In this document: piece by piece, positions 1 to 11,936 of the stretch | Layout: each line of letters starts with the position of its first letter | How positions within the stretch are numbered: position 1 is the stretch's first letter | Assembly: GCA_002245135.1 (NCBI GenBank) | Contig: NGBS01000038.1 | Coordinates: 1-61,851, forward strand | Origin: Proteromonas lacertae | Taxonomy: Eukaryota | Length of the DNA stretch: 61,851 nt | Direction of reading: 5' to 3' | The notes under the pieces: generated by a model | The model's input: only the letters and a program-made list of their open reading frames with translations | Told to the model about the DNA's origin: nothing | Databases searched by the model: none | Translations under genes and position numbers: made by a program

Positions 1-471
1 CCTATCTTAAGGGATAGAGGAATCGTCTATGACAATTACAAGGACACTGGCAAGTTGAACTTATTGAAATGTGAAGAGAACAAGAATGGTAAGCTTTATA
101 CAATCACTCAGTTCGTCGGGATTAAGCCAAAGATGTATGCTTACGAGAAGAGTGAAGCTTCTTCCGTCTACGTGGAATGTGATAGCCGTGCAAAGGGACT
201 CAATAAAGCCTTAAGAGAACAGAAGAACTTTGACGTCTACTTCAAGACTCTCTTCAACATGCTACCCATGGAGGATATGAATTGTAAGACCAGGAACTTC
301 CGTGTCCTCGATCAGCACATCTACACCGTAGAGACCACCAAGAGAGTCTTCACTCCCTTTGATGATAAGAGGTACTTTATCGATCACATTAGAACATTGC
401 CTTATGGGCACTACTCAATACTACCGAAGGATCAAGAGGATGATGATAATGATTTCAATGAGTTGTGGTGA
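1..471 (+). CDS. Protein-primed family B DNA polymerase (pPolB), C-terminal part
   Basis: Frame is open from base 1 (PILRDRGIVYDNYKDTGKLNLLKCE...). Motifs FVGIKPKMYAY, RAKGLNK and KRVFTPFDDKRYFIDHIRTLPYGHY are typical of the Maverick/adintovirus pPolB C-terminus. Confidence 0.88.
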   Translation, partial: PILRDRGIVYDNYKDTGKLNLLKCEENKNGKLYTITQFVGIKPKMYAYEKSEASSVYVECDSRAKGLNKALREQKNFDVYFKTLFNMLPMEDMNCKTRNFRVLDQHIYTVETTKRVFTPFDDKRYFIDHIRTLPYGHYSILPKDQEDDDNDFNELW

Positions 472-623
472 GATCAGTAACACGCATAAGCTCATAGCTT
501 TTAATATTAACGTGTGTTTAGGGTACTTGTAAAGTCACCGGAGTAAGAATCATCGGAGATAGCTAGTTGGTCTTTTCCTTGTCATTCAAAGAGCTACTTA
601 CAATCACCCGCAATTACTTATCA

Positions 624-1025
624 ATGGAAGCCATCGGTAACAACTTACTCCAGACCATAGATTGCCCAAGTGATAACAACTACCCGAAGTTACCATCAGA
701 GAATGAAAGGCTAGTGTTAGAGATGTGGATGAACAGGGCCGAGCAGATCTATCATTCCCTGGTCAGTGGAGAAGCACGTATACTCTACGATGAAGCAATC
801 TCTCGTTATTGTAAAGACGAGATCATCAGTAGTAGCTTCGGAAAGGCTTACAACCTCTTGGACACTTGCGAGAAGATTAACATGGAGAGTTGTCTTGGAC
901 AAGATGCAACGATAAGAGACTTAAGGCATCGACTCAATGACCTGGAGTTGGAGTATGCAATGGATCGATTACAGATAGATGAAGAAGTTGATCTCAAGTG
1001 TCACGAGGTACTCATCTTACCATAA
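624..1025 (+). CDS. Hypothetical protein of the element
   Basis: Intronless ORF in the GC-richer block; first ATG at 624 (the track start 567 is TTG); no recognisable motif. Confidence 0.55.
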   Translation: MEAIGNNLLQTIDCPSDNNYPKLPSENERLVLEMWMNRAEQIYHSLVSGEARILYDEAISRYCKDEIISSSFGKAYNLLDTCEKINMESCLGQDATIRDLRHRLNDLELEYAMDRLQIDEEVDLKCHEVLILP

Positions 1026-1172
1026 CAAGAACTTCCTTGGAGTTGCCATTGTATCGGTAACTAGCTTATAAACATAACCCAGGTACTTTACTTACTTATC
1101 GATGTAGTCTTTGGTGAGGTGCTTAGCAATCATTTATTTTATTCCTTGGAGATAACATTATAAGCAAAGACG

Positions 1173-1580
1173 ATGAAGACGACTTATATCCTTGGAAGGG
1201 AAGTCACTCAAGATGATGGTCAGAAGATCCTTTATATTGATGCAAGGTTCCCATCGATCAAGGACCTTAGAAGGAATAGCAACTACTATGACGTGAGTCG
1301 TCAATACGATCATCCCGAGGATGAATCCACCGACGATGATAGCTCCAGTGAAGATGACCGATCGATCGACTTAGGAAGTGAAGACACTGACAATGAGCAA
1401 GAGAACGAAGTGTACCTTGTAGGCAATTCAATTAAGAGAAAAGCATCTCTAGGAAGCTACTTGAAGGATAAGAGACGTAGACTTAACAAGAGCAAGGAGT
1501 CTTCCTCTGACGATTCCTCCTCCTTCTCTGAGGAGGATGAGGAATCACCGGAGGAAGACTTTACCGAGGACAATGCTTAA
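1173..1580 (+). CDS. Hypothetical acidic/basic low-complexity protein of the element
   Basis: 135-aa ORF with D/E/S tracts and an NLS-like KRK...KRRR. The frame continues PTPPKKPK after the TAA. Confidence 0.6.
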   Translation: MKTTYILGREVTQDDGQKILYIDARFPSIKDLRRNSNYYDVSRQYDHPEDESTDDDSSSEDDRSIDLGSEDTDNEQENEVYLVGNSIKRKASLGSYLKDKRRRLNKSKESSSDDSSSFSEEDEESPEEDFTEDNA

Positions 1581-1665
1581 CCAACACCCCCAAAGAAGCC
1601 AAAGTAAATGATCTTAAGATAATCAACCTCCGACATTCATTCTCTAGTCTTTGTGAGGGGGGTAG

Positions 1666-1832
1666 TAGAAAACATAGCTTCATCATCCCGAGATAACCAT
1701 CACTTCTAGATAGCTTCCAGGAGTACCCGTAGGAGATCGTCTCACAGATAGGTATAGAAAATAGCTTCCAAGAATCCCCGTAGGGAAGTAGACTCCGTAG
1801 GCAATAGACCCCGTTAGGAGGAATCCCGTAGG
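1666..1832 (+). repeat. Subterminal iterated motifs (CCGTAGG x4 plus CCGTTAGG; ATAGCTTC x3)
   Basis: CCGTAGG near 1727, 1778, 1795 and 1826 and CCGTTAGG near 1811; ATAGCTTC near 1674, 1709 and 1761. Confidence 0.8.
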
Positions 1833-1841
1833 AACCTTACG

Positions 1842-2044
1842 TAAATGGGACCCTGGGACATTGTCACAGAGTTCTAACGAGTGTTCTAGGAGTCCGTCCC
1901 CTTCTAGATTCAGAGTTGACCTTTACGGGAGCTTCATCGATTGCATCGATGAAGATCCCGTAAAAGTCAACTCTGAATCTAGAAAGGGACGGACCCCTAG
2001 AAAACTCGTTAGGACTCTGTGACAATGTCCCAGGGTCCCATTTA
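1842..2044. repeat. 203-nt imperfect palindrome (100-bp stem, 3-nt loop)
   Basis: 1842-1941 is the reverse complement of 1945-2044 with 6 mismatches (1873, 1883, 1891, 1901, 1921, 1931) and no indels; loop TGC. Confidence 0.97.
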
Positions 2045-2055
2045 TATACTATATA

Positions 2056-3654
2056 GAAATTGATGTGTAAATGATATATTGTGGTGAATATAAGTGTATA
2101 ATACTGAAGTATGGTGTTAATTTTATTTATATGGACAAAATAGATGAGGAAAGAGACAGATTTCAAATCCTTTTCAGAGTGGAACAACCTGATGGTGTTA
2201 TAAAGATGTAGAAAATAGTATAAATTTAAAAATGATGTGATTGAGCATAATTGTGATGATTTGTATAAATTGTGAATTTGTGTAAGATAAAATGAGTTTA
2301 AAGAAATAAAGATGTGATATTTGATTAATTTGAATGTTATTATTCCGATTATTTATATGATGATGTAAGATAAGTGAATATAGAAAAAGTGATTAACAAT
2401 AGTCTTGATTTGAAAGTTTCAAATATCTTAATATCTAAGAAGATGTAGTAGATTATTTGAGGATGATATTATCTCTAGATTTGTATATATTGAAAAACAA
2501 AAGTTATTATTTGATGAATTATTATTGTGATATTTTTATGTGAAATAGAAGTGTGATAATTTTGTATTTAAATGAAATACTCAATTGAAAGATTAATAGA
2601 AATGGTTATTGTTAATATTATAATATGATTTTATGTTTTATGATGATGGTTAAAAAGGAGGAGAAAGAAGAATAGAATGAAAGAAGTAGTTGATATAAAT
2701 AATCCTTACAGAATTGCCATTGAAATTAGTTTGAATAATATTTAATATAAGTTATGTAAGTGATTAATATATATATGGAAATTTGATTATGATTGGAATA
2801 TTTTATATTTATAATAGAGAATGATGAGAGAAAAGTTTTATATTTTATTTTATATAATTAATATTTTATGTGTGTTGTATATTTGTATAGAAACAATTAA
2901 TCTTTCATTATTCTTCTATTACAACATTTTTACATCTTACACACAAGAAAACAATACTAACAAATATACAATGAAGGTTTAATAGAGTTTTATTTAATTA
3001 ATTGTTTAAAATGTAAATATATATATATTCTAACTATTTTTTCTTTCTCCTCCTTTTTAACCATCATCATAAAACATAAAATCATATTATAATATTAACA
3101 ATAACCATTTCTATTAATCTTTCAATTGAGTATTTCATTTAAATACAAAATTATCACACTTCTATTTCACATAAAAATATCACAATAATAATTCATCAAA
3201 TAATAACTTTTGTTTTTCAATATATACAAATCTAGAGATAATATCATCCTCAAATAATCTACTACATCTTCTTAGATATTAAGATATTTGAAACTTTCAA
3301 ATCAAGACTATTGTTAATCACTTTTTCTATATTCACTTATCTTACATCATCATATAAATAATCGGAATAATAACATTCAAATTAATCAAATATCACATCT
3401 TTATTTCTTTAAACTCATTTTATCTTACACAAATTCACAATTTATACAAATCATCACAATTATGCTCAATCACATCATTTTTAAATTTATACTATTTTCT
3501 ACATCTTTATAACACCATCAGGTTGTTCCACTCTGAAAAGGATTTGAAATCTGTCTCTTTCCTCATCTATTTTGTCCATATAAATAAAATTAACACCATA
3601 CTTCAGTATTATACACTTATATTCACCACAATATATCATTTACACATCAATTTC
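2056..3654. repeat. Long inverted duplication: arms 2056-2669 and 3041-3654 (614 bp), 371-bp spacer
   Basis: GAAATTGATGTGTAAATG...GGAGGAGAAAGAA is reverse-complemented at 3041-3654. No differences seen by eye. AT-rich and non-coding. Confidence 0.95.
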
Positions 3655-3872
3655 ACAAAAATACTTTTATATTTATAAATATTTAGCCGTTTCTTTCATC
3701 ATTTTTCATTTTTTCTCTTTAAATCATCATTAAGCATAGATAATAATATAATAACATGAATTGATATATAGTATATTTTCTTTTAATATAACATTATTAG
3801 AATGACATTAATTGTTTATAAGAAAATATAAAAGAGAGAGTGATATATAAGAAAAAGATTGAAATAATAATC

Positions 3873-3990
3873 AGAATCGTTCATATCTACAATAAAGCAC
3901 CGCATCCCATCAGAACTGCGAAGTTAAGATTGTACGAGCTATGATAGTAGTACAGTGGGGGACTCTGTGCGAAGTCATAGTAACGATTCT
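3873..3990 (+). rRNA. 5S rRNA (divergent, single copy)
   Basis: Closing stem AGAATCGTT/AACGATTCT, CATA after stem I, conserved AAAGCACC-CATCCCATCAGAACT-CGAAGTTAAG and TAGTA...TGGGGGAC...GAAGTC. Length about 118 nt, T-run directly downstream, TATATAA about 25 nt upstream. Confidence 0.92.
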
Positions 3991-3994
3991 TTTT
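3990..3994 (+). terminator. RNA Pol III oligo-T terminator of the 5S gene
   Basis: TTTTT immediately after the 5S 3' stem, followed by further T-runs. Confidence 0.75.
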
Positions 3995-4400
3995 ATTCTT
4001 TTCGCTTTTTTCTTTTTTCTTTCTTTTTATTATGATGTAGAACAGGTATAGAAACAATAAAATAACACTAATAAATAGAATCAAACTCAATCGAAAATTA
4101 AATTGCATAGATACATTTAAAGAAGGTTAATATCAATTAACATTTTTGAACAAGTAACTCGTCTAAATCCAATAAATCCCATTATTACTACATTACGCAG
4201 GCTATTTGATATTAGATTCTTAATGAAGAATTGCTTATTAGTATTGTATTTAAATAGAGAAAATAGATATGAAGAAGAGAATAATGACGATATAAAAGAA
4301 TATTATTCTAAGTTTTATAGTTTGAGATAGTATATTTGGTATAAAAATATTCTAATAACAAAACGAGTTAATAATAATAATAATAAAAATTCAATAGAAT

Positions 4401-7400
4401 CTAGAATAGAGATCCTATTGTTGTTGAAGCTACTGTTGATAATAGAATCATTGATGGTTCTTGAATTATTATATCAATTATCATCGAAATTGTTGAACTC
4501 AATATCCACTCTCTTGATTGATCACCACTGAATTTTACTCCATATAATAAATTAATATAAACCATTATTAGAATATATAAAAACACAAATGAATTTGCTA
4601 GAATAATTAATCCAGCTCTTATTCTTCTTTGCCTTTTCCAGTGTAAATATTCAATCTTTCTTTTATAATATACTTTTGCCACTCTTTGTTTCAATATACA
4701 CTTTATCTTATCAACGGATTCTTTTGATATTGAATCATCTTTGTATTTCTTTGTTAATTCTTCAAATTCTAAATCAACTTCGATAACATTAAAATCCATG
4801 AATGAAAATCTAACTAAACAAACTAATTTCAAAAGCAACAATACTAAACTAATAACAAAATATATCATCCATAATGGACAATATTCTTTGAATTTATCTA
4901 CTAATAATGATTGACAACCTATATGGTTATCACCTAAAGCCATTATCTTTGGAGCTGTACAATCTGTTGTATTATAATCATCGATTCCTTTATAACCACA
5001 ACATTCTAAACTACTTTCTATATATTCATTTAAATCTTTCATTACTCCTCCATTATAACAACTCTTCCAGATTGAATAAACTGTTGCAGAATCATTCATA
5101 TAAAGAATATATAAGACTAATAAAGCAACAAAGAATAACAATATTATTATATTCACTATTATCAGAATGAATAAGAATTTTCGTTTTCTTTCATTTGTTA
5201 TTATTATACTTGAGATTGTTTCAGCTATGAATATCACATATATACAGAATAAAGCGATTATTATATATCCAGGTGGTAAAATTATTATAAATGATATGAA
5301 GAAACATCCACTTATTCCATCAAATATTAAATCTAATAATGCTGAATATAATCGACTTCTTCTCTTTTTTATTGTTTTCATTGATCTTTTCAATTTATTA
5401 AAAATTACTTTCAATGAAGAAACTGCTTTTCTTGCTGATTTTTTTGAACTATAACCATTCGCATATTTATATACATATGGAATTAATAAAGAAGCAGGTA
5501 ACATAGACAAACATGAGATTATTGAAGTCATTGCTAATTGAGAAATATTTTCGGCATCATTTCCAAAGAATAATGCACTCACTGCTGTTGATGTTAATAC
5601 TTGAGCTGTTAAACATAAAATTCTTTGACTTCGATTTATCACTATCAGATTTTCAGTTGGACCTAGTTGGGGAGATAACCAACTATGTTCTTCAATTAAT
5701 ACATAACAATATTTCTCTAATAATGATTTATGTTTCTTCTCTATTGTTATAATATCTGTTTCTTTTTCATCTAATCTTCCTGTCTTTCGATAATAATTAC
5801 TTTTTAAATCTTCTAATTCAGTTATTTCATTATAATCTTTGTATTTTGTATAAATCCAAGCAATTAAACATATCAGTACTACACTTCCCAAGATTATTGG
5901 AACTATCATATTATCTTTATTATAATTTACTAATAGTTTCGAATCCATGACTGGATTTACAAAATTCAATTTGGGAAATATTGATGATTTTCGAGTTGAG
6001 AAATCACTTAGATGAATTGAAGCACATAATACATATTTATTTCCTCTTTCGTCATCAATTATTCCCATCACTATTAATCCTTTTGAATTCAATTCACCAT
6101 CTACATAATAACGACATTCTACATGTTTCAAATCAGTATTATCATTCAATCTTTGAATGAAATATATTGGATTTTCGATACTTCTTTCTATCTCCACTTC
6201 TCCATCTTTATTCATTACTGTGATCGATGTGACGCCAGCTGTTCTATTATTTATAGATAAATCATCTTCATTTGGATTATCTAACCAATCAATTATTGAT
6301 ATTTCATTTGCTTCTTCTCCATTTCCTAATATATAATTTGGTAGTTTTATATTTTCTTCCATTTCATCAAAATCGATTGTTCCATCATATTTGATTGATT
6401 TTAAATTGAAAGAATTTGTTTTTACTTTTAATGGAAATATTGTTTTATCTTGATTCAAATGAATTTTACTTATATCATTTAATAATTCGGGTAATTCTTT
6501 TCCAATCATTGATGATGATGATGATGTTGTTGTTGATTGAAGATTTCTATAAGTTTCTTCTTTTCGATCTTTCCATTCATCTTTCAATAATAATGAAGAT
6601 GCTTTTATATAATTTGTTAAAGATTCATAAGATATATCTGATGAATAATTCTCTTTCAATGAATTGATTGTAGATTTGATTATTGAAATTGTTGCTGATT
6701 TATTCTCGATTGAAAATTGATCTGGTGGATTTATCACTGATAATAATATTGATGATTGTTGATCAATTGCATCATATGTCAATACATTCTTATTTGATGA
6801 TTCGATTAGATTTATCAATAAGATCTTATTCAGATTTAATCGAATTTCATATTCTTTATCACTATATTCACATTTTTCACCAGCATAACCTTCAAAACAT
6901 TTACATTTACTATGACAATTTGGTTCATATTCTTTACATTCTTCTCGACTTAAAATACAGTCTCCTTGATTACTACATTTGACTCCAACTATTGTTCTAT
7001 TTCTTGATAAATATTCTCCAGGACATAGTTTTCTTACTGATTCACAGATTATATAACATTCTTTTATATCTACACTTTCACCAATACATCCTAATCCATT
7101 TCCAGATGGTTTGGGATTTGTACAATTTCGACTTCTTTTTGAAATTCCATATTTTCTTCTTCCATCATATATTTCACATGATGAACTACAATTACTCCAA
7201 TCACTCCATTTACTCCAACCACCATCAACATCTTCACATTCAACTCCATCTTCACCAAAACAAGTTTCATATTCCATTTCCATATTACATTCTCTTCCTC
7301 CATTTTCTGGTTTGGGATTATTACATTCTCGCCATTTCGCTTTTAAACCTAATCCACATTGATGATCACATTCTCCATAACTATAGCTCAAACTCAAGCC

Positions 7401-10400
7401 ACCATCAATCGCTATTCGATTCTCACATAACTCACCAAAGAATCCTTCCAAACATTGACAATGACCATTTAAACATTCTGCACCATTTTCACATTCAATA
7501 TTTGAACATTCTTTCTCTTTCATTTGAGAAGATATTCCTTCAATGATTGAATATAAATAATCGTAATATTTCTCATTTCTCAATTCTTCTGTTATATTGT
7601 TCAATTCATCAGTTATATTTGCTAAATCATCTACTTGTAATGGAGGTGAATATATTTGTAATTCTTCACCATTCTTATCTAATGTTGTATTGGCTGTTTT
7701 TACATATTTATCTTTAACAAATACAATTGGAGTGAGAGTATAATTATATTGTTTAGATCCTAATGGTAGTGGTCCAAAATAGTAATTAGCTAATCCAAAC
7801 ACAGCTTGTAAATAATATGTTGAATTATCCACAATTATACCAAACCTATAAGTAAATGTTTCTGCTCTTTTCCATCCTATGGTTGATATTAATATATTTT
7901 CACCTAATTCATATTCAGTTGATGATGAATATAAATAACCATATAATGGACCTTCATTAATGGTAAATTGGTATGTTGATTCCACTGTAACATCATTACT
8001 ACTAGTAGCTATTAATTTGATAATATGAGTAATTTTTCTATATAATCCTTCACTGTTAACTAATATTTTACTATCATTTGTTCTACCTATAAATGGATTG
8101 ATTCTTTCATCATTTGAATATATCCACTGGTATTTCATATTATTATCATTAATTGAAGTTATACTAATTAATTTAAACATATCATCTGGATTGTACATTG
8201 TAGAATTTGTTTTGGGATTTTCAATTGACAGATAAAATGGTAATTCTATAACCTCTCTAATATAAGTGTTTGATAAATGAAGTGTAGCGCCATCTGAAAC
8301 ATTTACTTGTAACAGGTATTCTCCAATATCTAATTTGTCTGCTGGTATTTCAATTTTTGGACTAGTTACATCTGATATTAAATATCCACAATAATCATAC
8401 TTATTAAAAACACATCTCCATTTGAATTGATATTGTTGTACTGTATTTATATCAGATAAATCAATCGATATTCCTTCCGTTTTGTTTTGCCTTAAATAAT
8501 CATAGTAACCATCTGCTACCTGAGATTGAGATAGTTGAATTAATATTCAGATTTATAACTATATTCCACACCATTAATAGTAGAACTTAATGTGAGATTG
8601 TATTTACCACTTTCAATTGAGTTTTTATCAAAGAGTAATCTTGTTTCATCTACTGTTTTATATTTAGATATATCAACTTCATCACCATTTTCGTTTTTCA
8701 TTGACCAATTGTAGTTTATTTCTGGCTTGTCTATTGCTTTGTTACATTGATACAATGACACTCTTCCTCGAATATAAACACTTTGATCTGTATATATCAT
8801 TTGATTCTTGTCTCCTTCAATATTTACATTCATAGTAAAATCATAACCAACAGTAAAAGTGTCATCAATCATAAACGGATTAAAAGGATCTAATACATTT
8901 TCAATTTCTACTGTAATTGTATATTTTGATCCACTTTCTAATGAATTCTTTGGTATTACAATTATTGGATCGTTAAGTAATTTAACAATATCATTCAATG
9001 TTGCATTTGGAGATCTCCATTTATAAGTCAATGGTCTGCTTGATGTTATACTTCTACCTCCATCAATAATAAAATCTTTACATGGAGAAATTGATGATGG
9101 TATTACTATTTCAGGTGATAGTTCGGTGCTATCTGATAACGTAATATATACATCTCCTTCGCATCCATACATGTGATCCTTACTACTCTTCAGCACATTT
9201 GGAATAAAATTTAAATAATTTTCTGGATATAGTGTAATTGGATTTCTTAGTTTCTTTGTTATGATGTTTGGTGTATATAAATAGCACATTGACAACGGAC
9301 CAAATGTATTATCACTGAATATTTCATTACATTTTCTTCCATTTATATCAATTCCATCTTTTATATCTACATTAAATTCTATTACTACAGTATTCTCATC
9401 AAGAAACCAACCATAATTTGCTGCTGGTGGATCTGTTCTTGGTGAGATATCTAATGTTTGATTACATGAAATATCACTATCTAAATCTGGGAATATATAA
9501 CCTTCTTTAACTGTTACTTTGGGTGAATATGATAATTCTTCAGTTGTTGAATTATAATAAACATATAATGTTCTATCATCAATCCATTTGTATATCAATA
9601 TATCAATTACTGTTGATGAATCAAAAGAAATTAAATCAGTTTCATTCATTACAAATGATTTATTAACTTCAATGCCTTTCATATAACATTTTTTGTCAAA
9701 TTCTAATATTAATATATAATCTGAATCACTAATTCTGCATGAAAGTACTATTGGAGCAGCAATACCATTAAATATCGTTGAAATTGGAATTGGGTCAACC
9801 TTTATTTCACGGTAGTACTTATCTTCACTTTTCACTTCAAATGATAATTCAGATGTTATATTTCTATCAGTATCTTTTGGAGAAATTGTAAAAAAATTAT
9901 AACCCAATATTTCAATATGAGAAGGTGTAATAGTATAGTATTCTTCGTCATATATTGGAAAGACTACTACTGGATTTAATATTTCTGAATATTCATCATA
10001 AGAATAACTATTTAAATATAGAGTAAGAATAACTGGTTCATAATTAGTATTAATAAACTCAATTGTATCTGCTTCAGGGTATATATTGTATGTTATAACT
10101 GGGCATTTTAAATCAATTGAACCAGTAAAATCACTTCCTTTTTCGTAGAATATCTTGTTATAAAAGAAAGGTAAATCATTATTCGCGATAAATGAAACAT
10201 CAATCCTCTTATAATTTCTATTACCTAATGATGGATCTGATGGATCTGGCGGAGTGCAGTATGAATCTAATATAGGAATATTATTATCGCCATCACTGAT
10301 AATGGAAGAATCTGATGCTGTCATAAAACTATCAGTTACAGTTTTTCTACCTGTAAAAGAGTATATTTCTTTTACTGTAATGTTTACATCTTCTAATATT

Positions 10401-11430
10401 CTATTGTTTATGTTTATTTCATTCACTATATCTATGTAACTATTATCAACTGTTAAATCACCATTACATATGTAACTAAGTAACCCAAATTTACTATTAG
10501 GATTGAAGATATCATTCAAATAAAGTCTAATTGTATTAGTATCAACGTCTAATTTACCTTTTTCTTTACCAACTAATCCACCAAAATTGTTTATTTCTTC
10601 TAAGTGAACATCAACTACACAATCACCAAAAGTACTAATACTATTGTCTGCATTACCAACTAACATGCCAATATTATCTTCAGTACTAATTGATACTATG
10701 TTTATTTCTGTTTTTACTATTAAGAATAAAGAGTATATTTGAATATTTGCCAATGTTGATCCAAATAACAAACCAATTGAAGCTTTTTTACTATTTTTTA
10801 TAGTAATTGCATTTCCTTTAAAAGTCAACTCTTTATTATATAATGAACCAATTGAATTAGTTGACTGATAAATATAACCACATAATAATCCAAAACTGGT
10901 TATTTCTTTGTTATTCACTTCTATTTCATCAAATTCCATTTCTATATTACTTAGCGTAGTATCTTTCATTTCATTACATAATATACCACTTTTTTCATTA
11001 GATGTATCAATCATTAGCTTTCCAACAATTATAATTTCAACGTCATTAATCAAACAACCTTTCATAGATTTTATAATTCCATCTCCATTAATTGGCACAG
11101 TTGCATTAATTACAAATGTAATATAACCTATTGTCTTTCCCTCCAATGAACTAAATAGATTGATTGAATTAATTTCATCTGATATTATTGTTATTTTTGT
11201 TCCTGCATTTCCATACATTCCAGTACCATGAAAATAACTAGAAAAATCTTGAGAGTGAAGAGTATAATCTCGAACTAATTGAACACTACTTCCTGAAGTA
11301 GCTAATAAATTAGCAAATACTTCATTATCATCACACAAGCAGATATTTGAACATATTATTAAGTAAAAGATCAAACCTATTAGTATTAATATAATAATTC
11401 TATAATTATACAACTACCTATCTTTCTCAT
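4401..11430 (-). CDS. Giant polycystin-1 (PKD1)-like membrane protein: signal peptide, GLUG-like repeats, REJ, EGF, 2x TSP1, GAIN/GPS, TM region with tetraspanin insert
   Basis: ATG 11430 plus a 41-nt intron (11377-11417) gives signal peptide MRKIGLIFYLIICSNICLC. ORFs 8540-11413 and 4401-8198 join through one missing A near 8546 (frame open 8199-8545). Motifs: IDGGRS..LTYKW (REJ), CENGAECLNGHCQCLEGFFGELC (EGF), WSKWSDWSNCSSSC (TSP1), CASIHLSDFS (GPS), HSWLS..RSQRILC and YGVKF..WILSS..D..QEP (PKD1 TM). Confidence 0.85.
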
Positions 11431-11936
11431 CTTATTTGAAAGTAACAACTTGCAAAGCCTTAAGCCTATTGACATAAATACAGTGGATGAAGATTGTATG
11501 ACAGGAAGAAATGTTTGAAGCCATGTTGATGTAAAAACCTCAACCTTAAGCATAATAAATGCTAAAGTCCTAAAAATAATGTGCATAATATTTTCTAGGA
11601 TAGAGAAATATCTTGCTTTAATCTAGTCAAATAAAAATGTTAAAATGATATACTTCTGTTTTCCACACATATATATTTTCCTTTACTTCATCCTTGAATA
11701 AAATGGTCTGGAGCAGAGTTAAGAAATAATAGATTCCAGATTCAAGACCAATAACTGTTCTCTGAGGTAAATTAATGTGTTCTAACATTTTCCTTTTATA
11801 TAAATCTCAAATCAAAAAAATCTTCGAAGTGGAGTTTGAGAAATGAACAATAATTCAATAACGAAATTCAACGTCAATGACATGTAAATGACAGAAATGT
11901 ATTTTTTGAAATGAATTATGAGATGTTAATTACTTG

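Larger units (their letters stand above)
1..2050 (+). mobile_element. Right end of a Maverick/Polinton-like (pPolB-encoding) element, truncated by the window start
   Basis: Visibly GC-richer, intronless block. It carries a pPolB C-terminus and two ORFans, then subterminal repeats and a long hairpin, and ends in ...TTTATATACT (reverse complement AGTATATAAA, matching the AG/AGT termini of Polintons). Composition switches abruptly to very AT-rich after 2050. Confidence 0.8.

Noticed and set aside
1720..1835. CCGTAGG repeats as a CRISPR-like array
   Set aside because: Repeats are only 7-8 nt with irregular short spacing, there are no cas genes, and the context is eukaryotic.
1842..2044. Hairpin as an independent MITE
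   Set aside because: No convincing superfamily-type end or TSD beyond a TA that is part of the palindrome, and it shares composition and the ATCCCGTA motif with the adjacent element. Not fully excluded.
1864..2187. 107-aa minus-strand ORF
   Set aside because: Crosses the element/host junction and the palindrome; no protein-like features.
3887..4108. 73-aa minus-strand ORF with TM-like stretch
   Set aside because: Antisense to the 5S rRNA gene and its T-rich terminator.
4907..7546. Numerous plus-strand ORFs rich in I/L/F/Y/H
   Set aside because: Antisense shadows of the PKD1-like gene in AT-rich DNA; the same applies to most short overlapping ORFs in the track.
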